Source: Eledone cirrhosa (taxonomy: Eukaryota). From it: a stretch of 64,000 nt of DNA. The DNA lies in contig OZ024743.1 of assembly GCA_964016885.1 (NCBI GenBank), positions 351,168,001 to 351,232,000 on the forward strand, written 5' to 3'. The first letter of the stretch is position 1. The number at the start of each line of letters is the position of its first letter. Both the position numbers and the translations under genes were made by a program. The notes under the pieces were generated by a model. It had not been told where the DNA came from. It ran no database searches and was given only the letters and a program-made list of their open reading frames with translations. Positions 1-12,475 of this stretch are shown in pieces.

Positions 1-502
1 GATTCCTTTATGGGTGGGGTGTAAGTATATCACAATTAAATTAGCTTTTAAAATTCTGAACTTAGACAACAGTAGATAGTTTTCTTTGTTGTTGTTGTTG
101 TTGTTGTTATTGTTGTTGCAGCTATTGTTACTTTGTTGTTGTTATTTTCCTAGCTAGGCTCTTCAAGTCATTTATCATCCAACTGTAGTTTATGACTGAG
201 ATAGCTAGTATGTTTATAACTATTATCTTATTTCTGGGAATACCTTCTATTTTTTAACTATTAACTCATTAATAATGCTATTCGTGGTGAGTGGAGAAAT
301 CAGTAAAACCATTGTCGTTTTTTATGTTCTGAATTCAAATACGATTGAGCTCTACTTTGTCTTTCACCCTCCCAATAGAATAATTAACAGTCAACTACTG
401 ACACCGATAAAATCTTGTATAACCACTCACCAAATTATTATTATCACCAGATCAGTAAATATCAGAACAGGATAAAATACTTTCTACTATTTACTTATTT
501 CA

Positions 503-712
503 GGGCGGTAGATTGGCAGTATCGGTAGAGCGTCAGGTACCATTCTTCGTGGCACTGAGTTACGGCCCTTTACGCTCTGAGTTCAAATCCCGCCGAGGTT
601 CGCTTTGCCTTTCATCCTTACGGTGTCGATAAAATAAAGCACCAGTAATACGCTGGTTCGATTTTCCCGTTCCCTTCAAATTGCTGGCCTTGTGCCTGAA
701 GTAGAAACAATT
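503..712 (+). mobile_element. tRNA-derived SINE (Nin/Deu-domain type, octopod OR-like), single copy
   Basis: Pol III A-box-like TGGCAGTATCGGTAG, B-box GAGTTCAAATCCC, core GCCTTTCATCCTTACGG.GTCGATAAAATAAAG.ACCAG and tail GGCCTTGTGCC..AAGTAGAAACAATTATT. Repeated more than 10 times in the window. Confidence 0.85.
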
Positions 713-1276
713 ATTTACATAGTTTTCTTCACGTTCTGAGTTCAATCTCACCCACAAGGCTCAAGTTTGTTTTCCTTTCTTCTGTGGTTATTAAACTAAT
801 GCAAATTAAGTATTGATGTCGATCAAATCCTCTGCGCCCTGTCAGCTAAGCCAGCTAATTTGTGACCCAATCACAATTATTATTCTTCAATTTTGTTTTG
901 TTCCTAGTATTTCGTGGTATCTTTCTGCAAATTCACCATTCTGCTGAACCGAATGGTGAATTTGTGATGAAAAGACTAATCAAAATAAAACAAAATATAA
1001 TTGGCGGAAGAAAAGACCGAAGGTAAAATGAGGAGCATTAGAAAAGTATACAAAATTACAAAGAAAAAAACAATTTTTTTTTTTAAGCAATAATCCACTA
1101 ATTACCGAAATGAAATAAAAGAAAATGCTACTATAAAATATTATAAGCTTGAGATTCGTTTCCACAAATAGCATAAACTTTTTGTTCTTATTTCAAATGG
1201 GGTGCTTTATTGTTTCTTTCGCCTCGTTGTTGTTGTTATTATTGAGTAGGAGGATACTAGAAATCATTATTATGAG

Positions 1277-1890
1277 TCGGTAGAGGGTCGGGCGTCATCT
1301 TTGACGCATTGAGTTACGGTCCTTGCGATTCTGAGTTCAAATCCCGCCGAGGTTAACTTTGTCTTTCACCCTTACTGGGTCGATAAAATAAAGTACCAGT
1401 AATACACTGGGGTAATAGCTGGCTTTGTGCCAAAAGTAGAAACAATTATTATGAGTAGGAGGGCGGTGGATTGGCAGTATCGGTAGAAGGTCGGACGCCA
1501 TGCTTTGCAGCAGCAAAGAGTTACGGCCCTTTATGGTATGAGTTCAAATCTTGCTGAGGTTAACTTTGGCTTTCATCCTTACGGGGTCGATAAAATAAAG
1601 TACCAGTAACATACTGGGGACGATTTAATCGACTTTCCCCTCCCCCCAAAAAAGAAATCGCTGGCCTTTTGCCTATATAAGAAACCATTATAGGGCTGTG
1701 GATTGGCAGTATCGGTAGAGGGTCGGACGCCATGCTTTGCAGCAGAGATTTACGGCTCTTTACGGTCTGATCTGAGTTCAAATCCCGCCGAGGTTAACTC
1801 TGCCTTTCATCCTTACGGGATCGATAAAATAAAGTACCAGTAATACACTGGAATAATTGCTGGCCTTGTGCCAAATAGAAACAATTATTA
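1277..1890 (+). mobile_element. Tandem array of three SINE copies (about 1277-1450, 1460-1690, 1693-1890)
   Basis: Head-to-tail copies of the same ~190-230 bp SINE, each ending in an ATTAT tail. Confidence 0.85.
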
Positions 1891-2209
1891 CTATTGTTGT
1901 TGTTGTTGTTGTTCATGATACTGATGATGGTTTTGTCATTTTCGGTTTTCTTTCAACTAGATTGTTCCTTGAAATAGATTAACTTTTGGAAAGGGTGCAA
2001 AGAAAGTTCTGGAGTAAAAGATGAATGGTTCAGCTGAGACTCATAGATTCGTAGACTCCATCACCAAGGATGGGTCAAAGACGGTTGACTTGGATAACAC
2101 TGATATTTTGCCGTTGCTAAGCAGCAAGACTATTTTATTGAACACCAAAAGAATCGATGGAAATACTTCTTTTTAGAACTCAGATATTGATTTGTATCTA
2201 AGTTTAACG

Positions 2210-2213
<4 letters not shown>

Positions 2214-2264
<51 letters not shown>

Positions 2265-2410
2265 ATATATACATATCTACACAAATATATATATTATATA
2301 TGTGTGTGTGTGTATGTATGTGTGTGTGTGTGTATATATATATATTTATACATATACGTATACATACATATACGTATAAATATACATACTTATATTTATA
2401 TATATACATA

Positions 2411-2454
<44 letters not shown>

Positions 2455-2525
2455 TATGTGTGTGTGTGTGTGTGTGTGCGCGTGTGTGAATATATATATA
2501 TATATATGTGTGTATGTATATGTGG
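2214..2525. repeat. (TA)n/(TG)n compound microsatellite
   Basis: Directly visible. Source of the spurious YIYI/CVCV ORFs. Confidence 0.95.
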
Positions 2526-3440
2526 ACATAAATACGCATTTATTTATTTATATTTATACATCTCCGTGTGTCTAAGTGTTTGTGAGAGAATATACTTATA
2601 TATACAAATGCACATACATAAATATATAGATGTGTATGCATGTTTGGTGTGTGTGAGTGTGTGTGTGTTTGTGTGTAACCATACTTACTTGTATAACTTG
2701 TATAGGTAGATACACAGAAATCTATGTCTATATATTTTGGCAAAGATTTTGTGAATGGAGTGTAATCAATAGAGCTGCAGGATCTAAAAGTAGTTGTGCC
2801 AAGTTCAATCTCAGATTGCAGCTCGCTTTACCTTGATCTCACTGAGTTCGCTTTAGCTTAATGTCATTGACAACGAATAGGAACGGAAATGGTTCCAACT
2901 AAGAAACGAAACTCGGTCATAAACTTGGCACTCTGAGAAGTACGTCGTTCTGTATGGAAATGTTTAATAACAAAATTTCAGTTTGTTTGAAGGCTGTAAA
3001 ATAATAGAATTAATGAGAAACAAGTAATATTCATGTCTTCCCAATTGATGCTAACAGAAGATATTAACATGAATTAAATTTATCTTAGTGTTAAAATATT
3101 CCAGTATTTCTGAAATAGCCACTACCTCGGCCATACATATCGTCAGCGCATAATGGCAGCCATATCATTAGTGAATACATTTAGTCACAGGTGGTGACAT
3201 GTTAATACAATATTGACACCTTTTTGATTGCTGCAATTGTTTCTTTGACGGTTATGGATTATGTATGGATGTGATATATGAATGAACAAAAATACATATA
3301 TGTATATGTATGCACATTGATGTTTTTGTGTCTGTGTTTGATGGTGTGCATTAATACATACGCAAATACATATACCTACTCACACTGACACACATGCACA
3401 TACGCGTATATATACACGAACACATACAAACATATATACG

Positions 3441-3444
<4 letters not shown>

Positions 3445-3494
<50 letters not shown>

Positions 3495-3513
3495 TTAATA
3501 ATAATAATAATAA
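3445..3513. repeat. (TAA)n microsatellite
   Basis: Directly visible. Abuts the SINE tail. Confidence 0.95.
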
Positions 3514-3683
3514 TTGTTTCTACTTTTTGGCACAAGGCCAGCAATTACCCAGTGCATTACTGGTACTTTATTTTATCGATCCCGTAAGGATGAAAGGCAA
3601 AGTCAACCTCGGCGGGATTTGAACTCAGATCGTAAAGGGACGTAACTATGCTGGAAAGCATGGCGTCCGACCCTCTACCGATA
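3512..3683 (-). mobile_element. SINE copy, head interrupted by a Dong-like fragment
   Basis: Reverse complement of the SINE consensus up to ...CTCTACCGATA. Confidence 0.85.
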
Positions 3684-3973
3684 AACCGATACCAGGACTT
3701 AAAGTGGGAGGTAAAAAAGCTTTGGAATTGCCATGACGTCAAAGTGGTCCTGATTGTCATAGGCGCACTAGGTACTATCCCAAAGAGTTTCCAAGGATGG
3801 TTAAAGAAAATTGGTCCCGCCACGCTTTTTAGAACACTTCAAACGGCATGCTTGCTGGGAACAGCAAGAACTCTCCGATACGTCCTGAATAGCTGAGGCT
3901 GCAGGTAGTGGCTTGATATTCATTTCAACAAACTTTCCAGTTAAATAACATCAATGACTGAGACTCAAAGAAC

Positions 3974-3974
<1 letters not shown>
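3684..3974 (+). mobile_element. 5'-truncated R4/Dong-like element, family 2 (RLE C-terminus + 3'UTR)
   Basis: NRYQDLKWEVKKLW...VVLIVIGALG...LLGTARTLRYVL. Near-identical to 8443-8733. Ends in (TAA)n. Confidence 0.85.
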
Positions 3975-4032
<58 letters not shown>

Positions 4033-4034
<2 letters not shown>

Positions 4035-7000
4035 CCCCGTGACCAAGAAATACCGGGATGGCGGCCGGCGGGGAATAGCCGTGTCTCTAGGGGAGAACGA
4101 CCCCTCTAGTCTTGGTTGACACTCGTTCTAGAAGTGGTAACACGAAATGATTACCCCTTGGCGGATAAGGATAAAACGCGAAAAAATAAAGTAAATGTCT
4201 AATGATAAAATCTCATACCGGATCGGCCGTCACCCGGGTAAAAAAGGGCCGCGTCCCTCAGAGAGGAACCAGACTGGGGTCGAAAAATCAGCTAATGGTT
4301 CAAACCTTCCCATCACTTCGGAGCTGGAGACCTCCCATAACCGGAATACTCCTACTGTTGGCCCTCCATGCTCACCACCAAGAAATCCAAAGAAAAAGAG
4401 AGAAAAATGGTCAAGGGAAGATAATAAAGAAGTCCTTGAGGCTTTCTACACTGCCATGTACTACCCATCAAATACATCGAATACAGAACAGACATATATC
4501 AACTGGAAAAAGAAACATCCCGAAAACAGAGGCTATATTGACAGTAACAAACTAGCCAATATACGAAGAAATATTGTAAGAAAAAAGTTACTAACTGATA
4601 TAGAAATTGATCAGATCAAGCTATTAGCACAAAGTCAGCGAAGGGAAAATGAAACATGTGTCAGTGAAAACGAGGTAAACTGTAACACTTCGAATCCCAG
4701 GGTTGGGACGGAATCACTAGCAACAGAACAAATTAAAGAAAGGATCGAAAAAGTGGAGGGAGTGCATGCTCAGGATGAAACTCCAAATGAAAATAATGAG
4801 ATCGTAAGTGATAAAGAAATGAATGAGAATGAACTTGCCAACTTGAAGGATGAAATTATGATCGAATGGATGAAAATGAAAGAATCTGACATGGGGCAAC
4901 GAGACACTCTCCCTAAGATCCAGAACTCCAAACACAACCAAAAGATAATACACAAGACTAACATAATTCTCAAAAACATTATCATCACAAACAAACTAAA
5001 CATTACTGATTTAAATCATCTCTATTATGCATCGGCTAAAGTCACCACTCACTTATGTGGAGTGAAGATGAAAAAACAAAAGGAATTCCCACAAGAAATC
5101 TACTTGGCAAGAGAACATCAATCGCCAAATAAACCTTCTCCGATCTGACATAGAAATTTTAACAAACTATAAAGTAGGTGAACATGTTAAACAAACTAAA
5201 CTTAGAAAATTGAAAAAAAAGTACAGTATAAAATCAACATGTGACATAGAATGCTGATAGAAATAATCAAGCAAAAAGTGTCGGCCAAAGCTGCTCGTAT
5301 AAGGCGCTTTGAAAAACGATCTAGATTCTATAAGGACAATAATATGTTCAAAAACAACCAAAGAAACTTCTACAGAAAAATTGGTAAGTCAACAATAACT
5401 GCTAAATCAATACCACCCAAGGAGGAAGTGCAAGAATTCTGGGAAAAGAACTGGGCCGAAGAAAAAGTTCATAACATACATGCCCCATGGATAGACAGAC
5501 AAATGAAAGATACAGCTCACCTTGAGGAACAAATATGGGAAAATATAACAGTTGAACAGTTGCGCTTGGCTCTAAGAAAAACCAGCAAATGAAAATCCCC
5601 AGGAAAAGACAAAATACAAAACTTTTGGATAAATGCCTTCACAGAGTCTCATGAGCTGTTAGCCCAACTTTACAATGAAATAGTTAAGGAGCCAGAAAAG
5701 ATACCTTCATGGCTAGTTAACGGCATTACATTCCTGCTTCCGAAGAATGATGAGACAAACAATCCCCAAAATTACAGACCGATAACTTGCTTGACCACAA
5801 TGTATAACATTTTAACATCAGTCCTAACTGAATACACATATGACCACCTGATAACAAATGACCTATTTCCCATTGAGCAGAAAGGGTGTAAACGAGGTTC
5901 ATATGGCTGTAAGGATCAGCTTCTGGTTAACAAAATGATACTGGAAGATTGTCATAATAGACACAAAAATCTATCGATTGCTTGGATAGATTATAAAAAA
6001 GCATTTGATAGTTTGCCACACAGTTGGATTGAAAAATGTTTAGAGATTTTCAAAGTATCCCCCGTTGTCAGGAGGTTTTTGTCATTCAGTATGAAGACAT
6101 GGAAAACGACACTCCTTTTGAATAGTGAAACAAAATCACTGGAAGCTGGAGAAGTTAATATTAATTGTGGAATTTTTCAGGGTGACTCTTTATCACCGCT
6201 TTTATTCTGCATCGCACTTATACCATTAAGTAAAATGCTCAATGAAACAAAACATGGATATAGAGTCTATGACAAAACCATTAATCACCTGTTCTACATG
6301 GATGACCTGAAACTATTTGCAAAAAATGATGAACAATTGCAAGGGCTATTATCCACTGTGGAGCAGTTCAGTGATGACATTAAAATGGAGTTTGGACTAG
6401 ATAAATGCGACAAAGCAACGTTCACCAGAGGAAAGCTGCTGAAGAGTTCAGACATTAATCTTGATCGGGGGAACGTGATAAGAGAACTTGATCAAGAAAA
6501 AACTTACAACTATCTAGGTGTTTGTGAAGGAGACGGAATCAAGCACTCGACAATGAGGGAAAGGATAAGGAAGGAATGTTACCGCAGAGTAAGAGCAATC
6601 TTAAGAACGGAATTGAATGCAAGGAATAGGATCGATGCCATAAACACGCTTGCCATACCAGTAGTAACCTACAGTTACAATGTCATCAACTGGTCAAGTA
6701 CAGAGATCCGTAGGCTCGATACAAAAATTCGAAAATTCTTAACCATGCACAGAATGCATCACCCTAAGGCAGATATAGATAGAATATATCTCCCTAGGAA
6801 AGAAGGAGGACGTGGGTTAATCCAGTTAGACATTGCGTTGAAAACTGCAACAATTGGATTATCTACATATCTAAGGGAATCACATGATTGGATGATCAAA
6901 CTCGTTTTGAAACACGAAAGCATCAAAAGATCATATTCCATTACAAAAGTTGCACAAAGATACAGTAATGGACTACAAATTTCAGAAGTCCCATTTACTG

Positions 7001-7989
7001 CTGAAATGGAAAACACAGAAAAAGCAAAGCAGGTAAAAGTAACTGCAAAGAAAGAACTGCTACAGAAACTGGCTAAGAAATGGCAAGAAAAGCCTCTGTA
7101 TGGAAAATACCCAGAGCGAGCTAACAATCTTGATGTTGACAAAATTTTAACCCATCAGTGGTTGGCATCCTCTGGACTGAAATCGGAGACTGAAGGACTG
7201 ATTATATCGGCACAAGATCAGTCTCTGCCAACAAAAAATTACCAAGCCAACATAATAAAAAATGGGTGCAGCCCATTATGCCGTGTATGCAAAAAACAAC
7301 CAGAGACCATTGACCATATAATTTCAATGTGCAGTCCTATAGCTCCAACCGAATACCTAAACAGGCATGACAGAGCTGCACAATACATACACTGGATAAT
7401 GTGTAAGCATTTTGACCTGCCCCATCAAAAGAATTGGTGGGAGCATCAACCACCTCCCATACTTGAAAAAGATCACATCTCAATCTTGTGGAACTTTAGC
7501 ATCCAAACAGACCGAAAAATAGATGCAAACAGACCTGATATAATATTGAAAGACTTTCAAAAGAGGGTATGCCTGCTAATTGATATGTCTGTTCCAATAG
7601 ACAAGAATGTATCTATAAAAACATTTGAAAAATTGAGCAAGTATAAGGACCTGGAGATAGAAATTGGAAAAATGTGGAAATTGAGAACTAAAACAATACC
7701 AGTGGTTGTAGGCGCTCTGGGAATGATACCTAAGGGGTCTAATGATTACATATCGCAAATCCCAGGAAACCCGCGTATAGGAGAAATACAAAAGATAGTA
7801 CTAATGGGAACTGCCCATATACTAAGGAAGATTCTGTCAATATAAGTACATCACAAGTCTAAACACTAAAGATGCATGTGTGAATATGTGTGTTCTTTCT
7901 TGAACATGGCGGACCTTGTTGTCTCTTGAGGTCACTGGTTGTGACTTGGTGATAACTCGTATGAACATAAAGCAAGATAAATGCAACTG
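4033..7989 (+). mobile_element. Full-length R4/Dong-clade non-LTR retrotransposon (RT + restriction-like endonuclease), family 1
   Basis: Flanked by (TAA)n on both sides (3975-4032, 7990-8013). Has a 5'UTR, a single ORF and a short 3'UTR. Confidence 0.9.
4195..7845 (+). pseudogene. R4/Dong ORF: Myb-like N-terminus, RT, CCHC zinc knuckle, PD-(D/E)xK endonuclease; disrupted
   Basis: ORF pieces 4195-5148, 5251-5592 and 5791-7845 share one frame. Apparent compensating shifts at ~5075-5220 and a TGA at 5590 where Trp is expected (RKTSK*KSPGKD). Motifs: DYKKAFDS, GIFQGDSLSPLLF, YMDD, CRVC..ETIDHIISMC, RHD, RPDII..D, KLSKY. Confidence 0.9.
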
Positions 7990-8013
7990 TAATAATAATA
8001 ATAATAATAATAA

Positions 8014-8733
8014 GGCTACAGAGCAGGCCCTCAAAACGAAGTGGTTGAAACACCATATTTACAAGGAGGAGGCTAGCCCACTGTGCAGGATCTGTGGAGA
8101 GAGAGAGGAGACTGGGGCTCACATTGTATCCGAGTGTAAACACCTATCCCAGACTCACTATAAAGGCTGGAGACATGATGTGATGGGCAGGGTGATCCAC
8201 TGGCACCTATGCAAAGTAAACAATTTACCACATTCTGAGAAGTGGTATGAGCATAAGCCAGATTCGGTGATAGAAAACGATCAGGTGAAGGTGCTGTGGG
8301 ATTTTAGGATACAGACGGACAAGAAACTGAAACACAATAGACCTGACATGGTGGTTTTGGACAAGGAAAAAAGATCGTGTCTGATTGTGGATGTGGCCTG
8401 CCCATTCGACACGAGAGTGCAGGAGAAGGAGAGGGAGAAAATTAACCGATACCAGGACTTAAAGTGGGAGGTAAAAAGGATTTGGAACTGCCATGAAGTC
8501 AAAGTGGTCCCGATTGTCATAGGCGCACTAGGTACTATCTCAAAATGTTTCCAGGGTTGGTTAAAGAAATTTGGCCCCGCCACGCTTTTTGGAACGCTTC
8601 AAAAGGCATGCTTGCTGGGAACAGCAGGAACCTTCCGATACGTCCTGAATATCTGAGGCTGCAGGTAGTGGCTTGATATTCATTTCAACAAACTTTCCAG
8701 TTAACTAACATCAATGAATGAGACTCAAAGAAC
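8014..8733 (+). mobile_element. 5'-truncated R4/Dong-like element, family 2 (CCHC + RLE + 3'UTR)
   Basis: CRICGEREETGAHIVSEC, RHD, RPDMVVLD..DVACPFD..KINRY. (TAA)n on both sides. Confidence 0.9.
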
Positions 8734-8737
8734 AATG

Positions 8738-8785
<48 letters not shown>

Positions 8786-9027
8786 TTTTCTTTATTAACC
8801 ACAAGGGTTCACATAAAGTAGACATTAAGGACAGTACAGGACAACACAGGACGGTACAAATGGGCATTTCTGCGTGTAAAAAAACAGAGGTTGAAATAAA
8901 ATAACAAAGAAAAATTCCCCAATAGGGGGGAGACTTCCAAGGGACATTTGTGGAGAAAGCCCATTAAAAGACCACAGTGGCCCTGACCACCAGGGCAAGT
9001 GCCCTCTCCCAGTTTTCCACCTTTAAT

Positions 9028-12000
9028 TTACAGACACATACTCAGAGAAGGCCCATTCATTCGGGCCATACTTGCTTCTCTCACCCATCTTTCAACAAAA
9101 TGCTGGGAAGAGAGCACTTCCCTCTCTACCCTGATTTTCCTTTTCAAATGAAATTTGAAAAAGTTAATCAGGGCATCACCGAAGAGGCTCGTCTTCAGCC
9201 CTTTCAAACGTGTCCACCATACTATCTCTTTCGCCATGGCCACCAGACAGATAAAAACTGCCTGCCCTTCCAGGCTAAAGGAAGGGGGCGGGGCAATCCT
9301 CACGATGGACTCAGCTGATAGCTGGATCCGTCCTACACGTGACAGCAGGTGTTCGACATAAACCCACAAGTCAGCAATGCTCGGACACTGGACGAGTGCG
9401 TGCAGGACGGTTTCGTCGCCCTGCGCGCATCTCGGACATGCCCGGCTGACGGCACCTCCATGCCTGTAGAGTTTATCCCGAACTGGCAAAGCTCCTCGGT
9501 AGCACTGCCAGGCCAGGGATTTCTGGAAGTTGTCCATAGGCCCCGGCCCGAAAGTCCTTCCGAAGAGATTGGCTAGTTGATTTTCGTCGACGCCTAGAGT
9601 TTCTCCAAGTACGTCGTCGCTCTTCCCCTCCACTAATCCCCTATAGAACGCCAAGGTGGAGTTTCCACCGATCACATTGCCCGATTGGTCGAGGGCTGTG
9701 AGCGCCTGAAGACATTCCAGTCTCCAAGCGCTCCCTCTCGGTCTTCGCTTGACCCAGGACTGCAGCTCCGTCAAGGAGACGAGCTGGGGAAAAACGTGTC
9801 TTGCAAACGGCGACCACACCTGATCACCGTCGAGGAAGAGGTGGAGATGTCGTAGCCTGAGCGCGCGTCTGCGCATCATCAGCCACGGCATGCCCAGCCC
9901 TCCACGTAGCGGGTGTTGACAGCAGATGGACCGCCTGACCATCGGAGCGCGTCCCTTCCACAAGAAGCGAAAGAGCAAACGCTCCAGCGCAGTCAGGCGG
10001 GGCTTAGGACAAGGTACGACGGTCAGGCGGTAGTAGATGACGGATGCGATGTACGCATTCGCCACCTCCGCTCGACCTTTCAGGGATAGCTTCCTCTCGG
10101 CCCATTTCTGGGTGAGAGAAGCCACCCTGCTCGTCACCTCATCCCAGTTTTTGTCCGTCTGGAGGTCTGGACCGAACCAGACCCCTAGCAATTTAACCGG
10201 TCCGTCCGTCCAGTGCCCGACGACGCTGTTGGACGGCATGGACCTGCCTCTCCAGGTGCCGAGCTGCAGGCCCACTGACTTTTCCTGGTTGATCATTGCT
10301 CCTGTCACCGCTTCGTATTCTCTTAGTGTAGTGCCGATCGCCTCGATGTGTTTGGCGTTCGACACCACTACGGTGACATCGTCCGCATATGCTGACACGG
10401 ATCTTCCGCATCCTAGTTCGCGCGGGACCCCCCTCAACGTCTCCAGTTTGTGCAGTAATGGCTCGAGAGTCAATACGTACAATAGGGACGAGAGGGGACA
10501 TCCTTGGCGGACCGAGCGCATGATGTTGAACGGTTCCGAAAGGTGACCGTTCACTCTCACTACAGAGCAGATGTCGCTGTGCATGGCAGCGATCCAGCCT
10601 CTGAAGACGGGCCCAAAGCCAGCCGCCCTCAGGACTGCCGTTAGGTAACGATGGTCGACCCTATCGAAGGCTTTCGACTGATCTAAATTGATCAAAGACC
10701 CACCCGTGCCAGGTTCCCTAGCTACCTTCTCTACGATGTATCGCATGAGGTGGAGGTTGTCGTGGATGGATCTGTCGGGAATGGCGCATGTCTGTGCCTC
10801 TCCCACCAGACCACCAACGACAAGCGCCAACCTCTTTGCTAGCACCTTGGCCAAAATCTTGAACTCTGTGTTTAGCAGAGTTATGGGCCTAAAATTATCA
10901 ATGTTATCCCCCTTGTTCGGATCCTTTCTCAGCAGCGCCACCGCTCCTCGGCTCACAGAGCTGGGAATTCTCCCGTTCTGTTGCCAGTTGCAGTAGACGT
11001 CCGCCAAGAGGCCTCCGAACAAGTTTGGCATTTGTACGTAAAGTTCATAGGGCAGACCATCCAAACCAGGCGATTTACCCCTTGTGCAACTAGTCATTGC
11101 ATCCCGTACTTCAGCGGTTGTTATCGGCTTTTCGCAACACTCCGCCTCAGTGGCCGAAAGCCGCGGCAGTCCGTCGAGGTAGACACTAAAGTCCATCCCT
11201 CGATCCGGCCCGCCACTGCCCCCGAACAGTTGAGCGAAGTGTCGCTGAAAAGCTTCAGACATTTGCCCGGGATCGAGTAGCATGCGCCCGTCGTGGTCCA
11301 CCAAAGACCGGATCGTGGCTTTGTTGCCACGACGCGCCTCCGCCACTCGGGCCCATTGAACGGCTTTCGTCCCCTCGTGTCTGAGAGCACGCACCCTAGC
11401 TCTGACAACGCAGCCTTCGTGCTTTGCATTGAAGAATTGGTCAAGGGCCAATTTCGCCGCAAGTACGTCGGTCGCGATGCCTTTGCTAAGCGCCTCATCT
11501 AATTTTCTAACTAATTCTCCCTCTGCTCTATTTTTCTCTATTGCTAAAGTCTTACTAAACCTAATGGACTCTATTCTAATTGCTCTTTACAGAGCAAACC
11601 ACCACTTGTTGTTGACGATGGCCCCCGTCAACGCCCGCTTAACTAGTTCGCTAATCCGGTCTCTGTAGGCCTTGCGCGCTGGTAAGGACGCGTTTAACTT
11701 CCAGTAGCCGGGTCCTCGTCTATGAAGCCTATCTAAGTCAAGCATACAGATCACGAATTTGTGGTCCGTGTAGCTGACTATCTTGAATTGTGGACAGCCT
11801 ATGCTAGTCCTATCTATTTCCCTACAAAATACTCTATCTAGATATGATCTGGATGACCCTATGCGATTTGTCCAAGTCCACATTGGTACATTCGGGAAAT
11901 CCATTCGGTACCTGTCAGACAGTTCAAAACGTCTGAGCAGGTTGGTGAGACTCTTGCACCCTCCTTCCCTATCCACTAATCCCACACAATCCCAGCGTGC

Positions 12001-12441
12001 ATCTAAGATCCCGTTCCAGTCGCCCACTAACACTAAAGAGCGGGACGTTCCAAGAAAGGTCTCCAGACTCCGGAAGAAATCAGGCCGCCCTGCTCCTGTC
12101 GGGGCATAGACGGCCACTAACCTGAAAGCTTGCCCGTCTCCGCTGGTCACCTCCAGCACCACCAACTTACCTTCTGGGTCCAGGAAGATGGCCCGTATGG
12201 CAAGATCCAAACCTCTCCGAAAAAGCACAGCAACTCCTCCCCCCGATCCCGGACGGCTGGGAGATGCGTACACATCGTAGCCGCCGAAGATCGGTGCGAA
12301 AGCCTGTGCTTCGGAGATTCTGGTCTCGCTGATGGCCACTACATCTATGTTTAGTGACCTGAGGTCGTTGAGCAGGTGGCCCTGCTTCCATGACGACCCC
12401 AAGCCACGCGGATTTATGCTGCCTATTCTGAGTGAGGTCAT
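9028..12441 (-). pseudogene. Tx1 copy A ORF2 (APE endonuclease-RT-CCHC) with one in-frame stop
   Basis: 11587..12441 and 9028..11451 are in the same frame, separated by TAA at 11587-11589. Motifs: SINPRGL, SETR, GDWN, SYLDR, TDH, GPGYWKLN, DQSKAFDRV, RQGCPLS, YADD, CPRC..ETVLHALVQC. Confidence 0.9.
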
Positions 12442-12475
12442 GTTGAAAAGGAGTGGAAAAGATGGGAAAGACCAC

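Noticed and set aside
503-600. tRNA-like A and B boxes
   Set aside because: These are heads of a multi-copy SINE. No complete cloverleaf, so not tRNA genes.
2192-2743. ORFs rich in YIYI/CVCV/THTH (also at 24-27, 47-52, 57 and 61-64 kb)
   Set aside because: They are translations of dinucleotide and tetranucleotide microsatellites.
7916-8013. N-terminal part of the 246-aa ORF 7916..8656
   Set aside because: Chance read-through from the upstream element's 3'UTR and (AAT)n into a truncated element.
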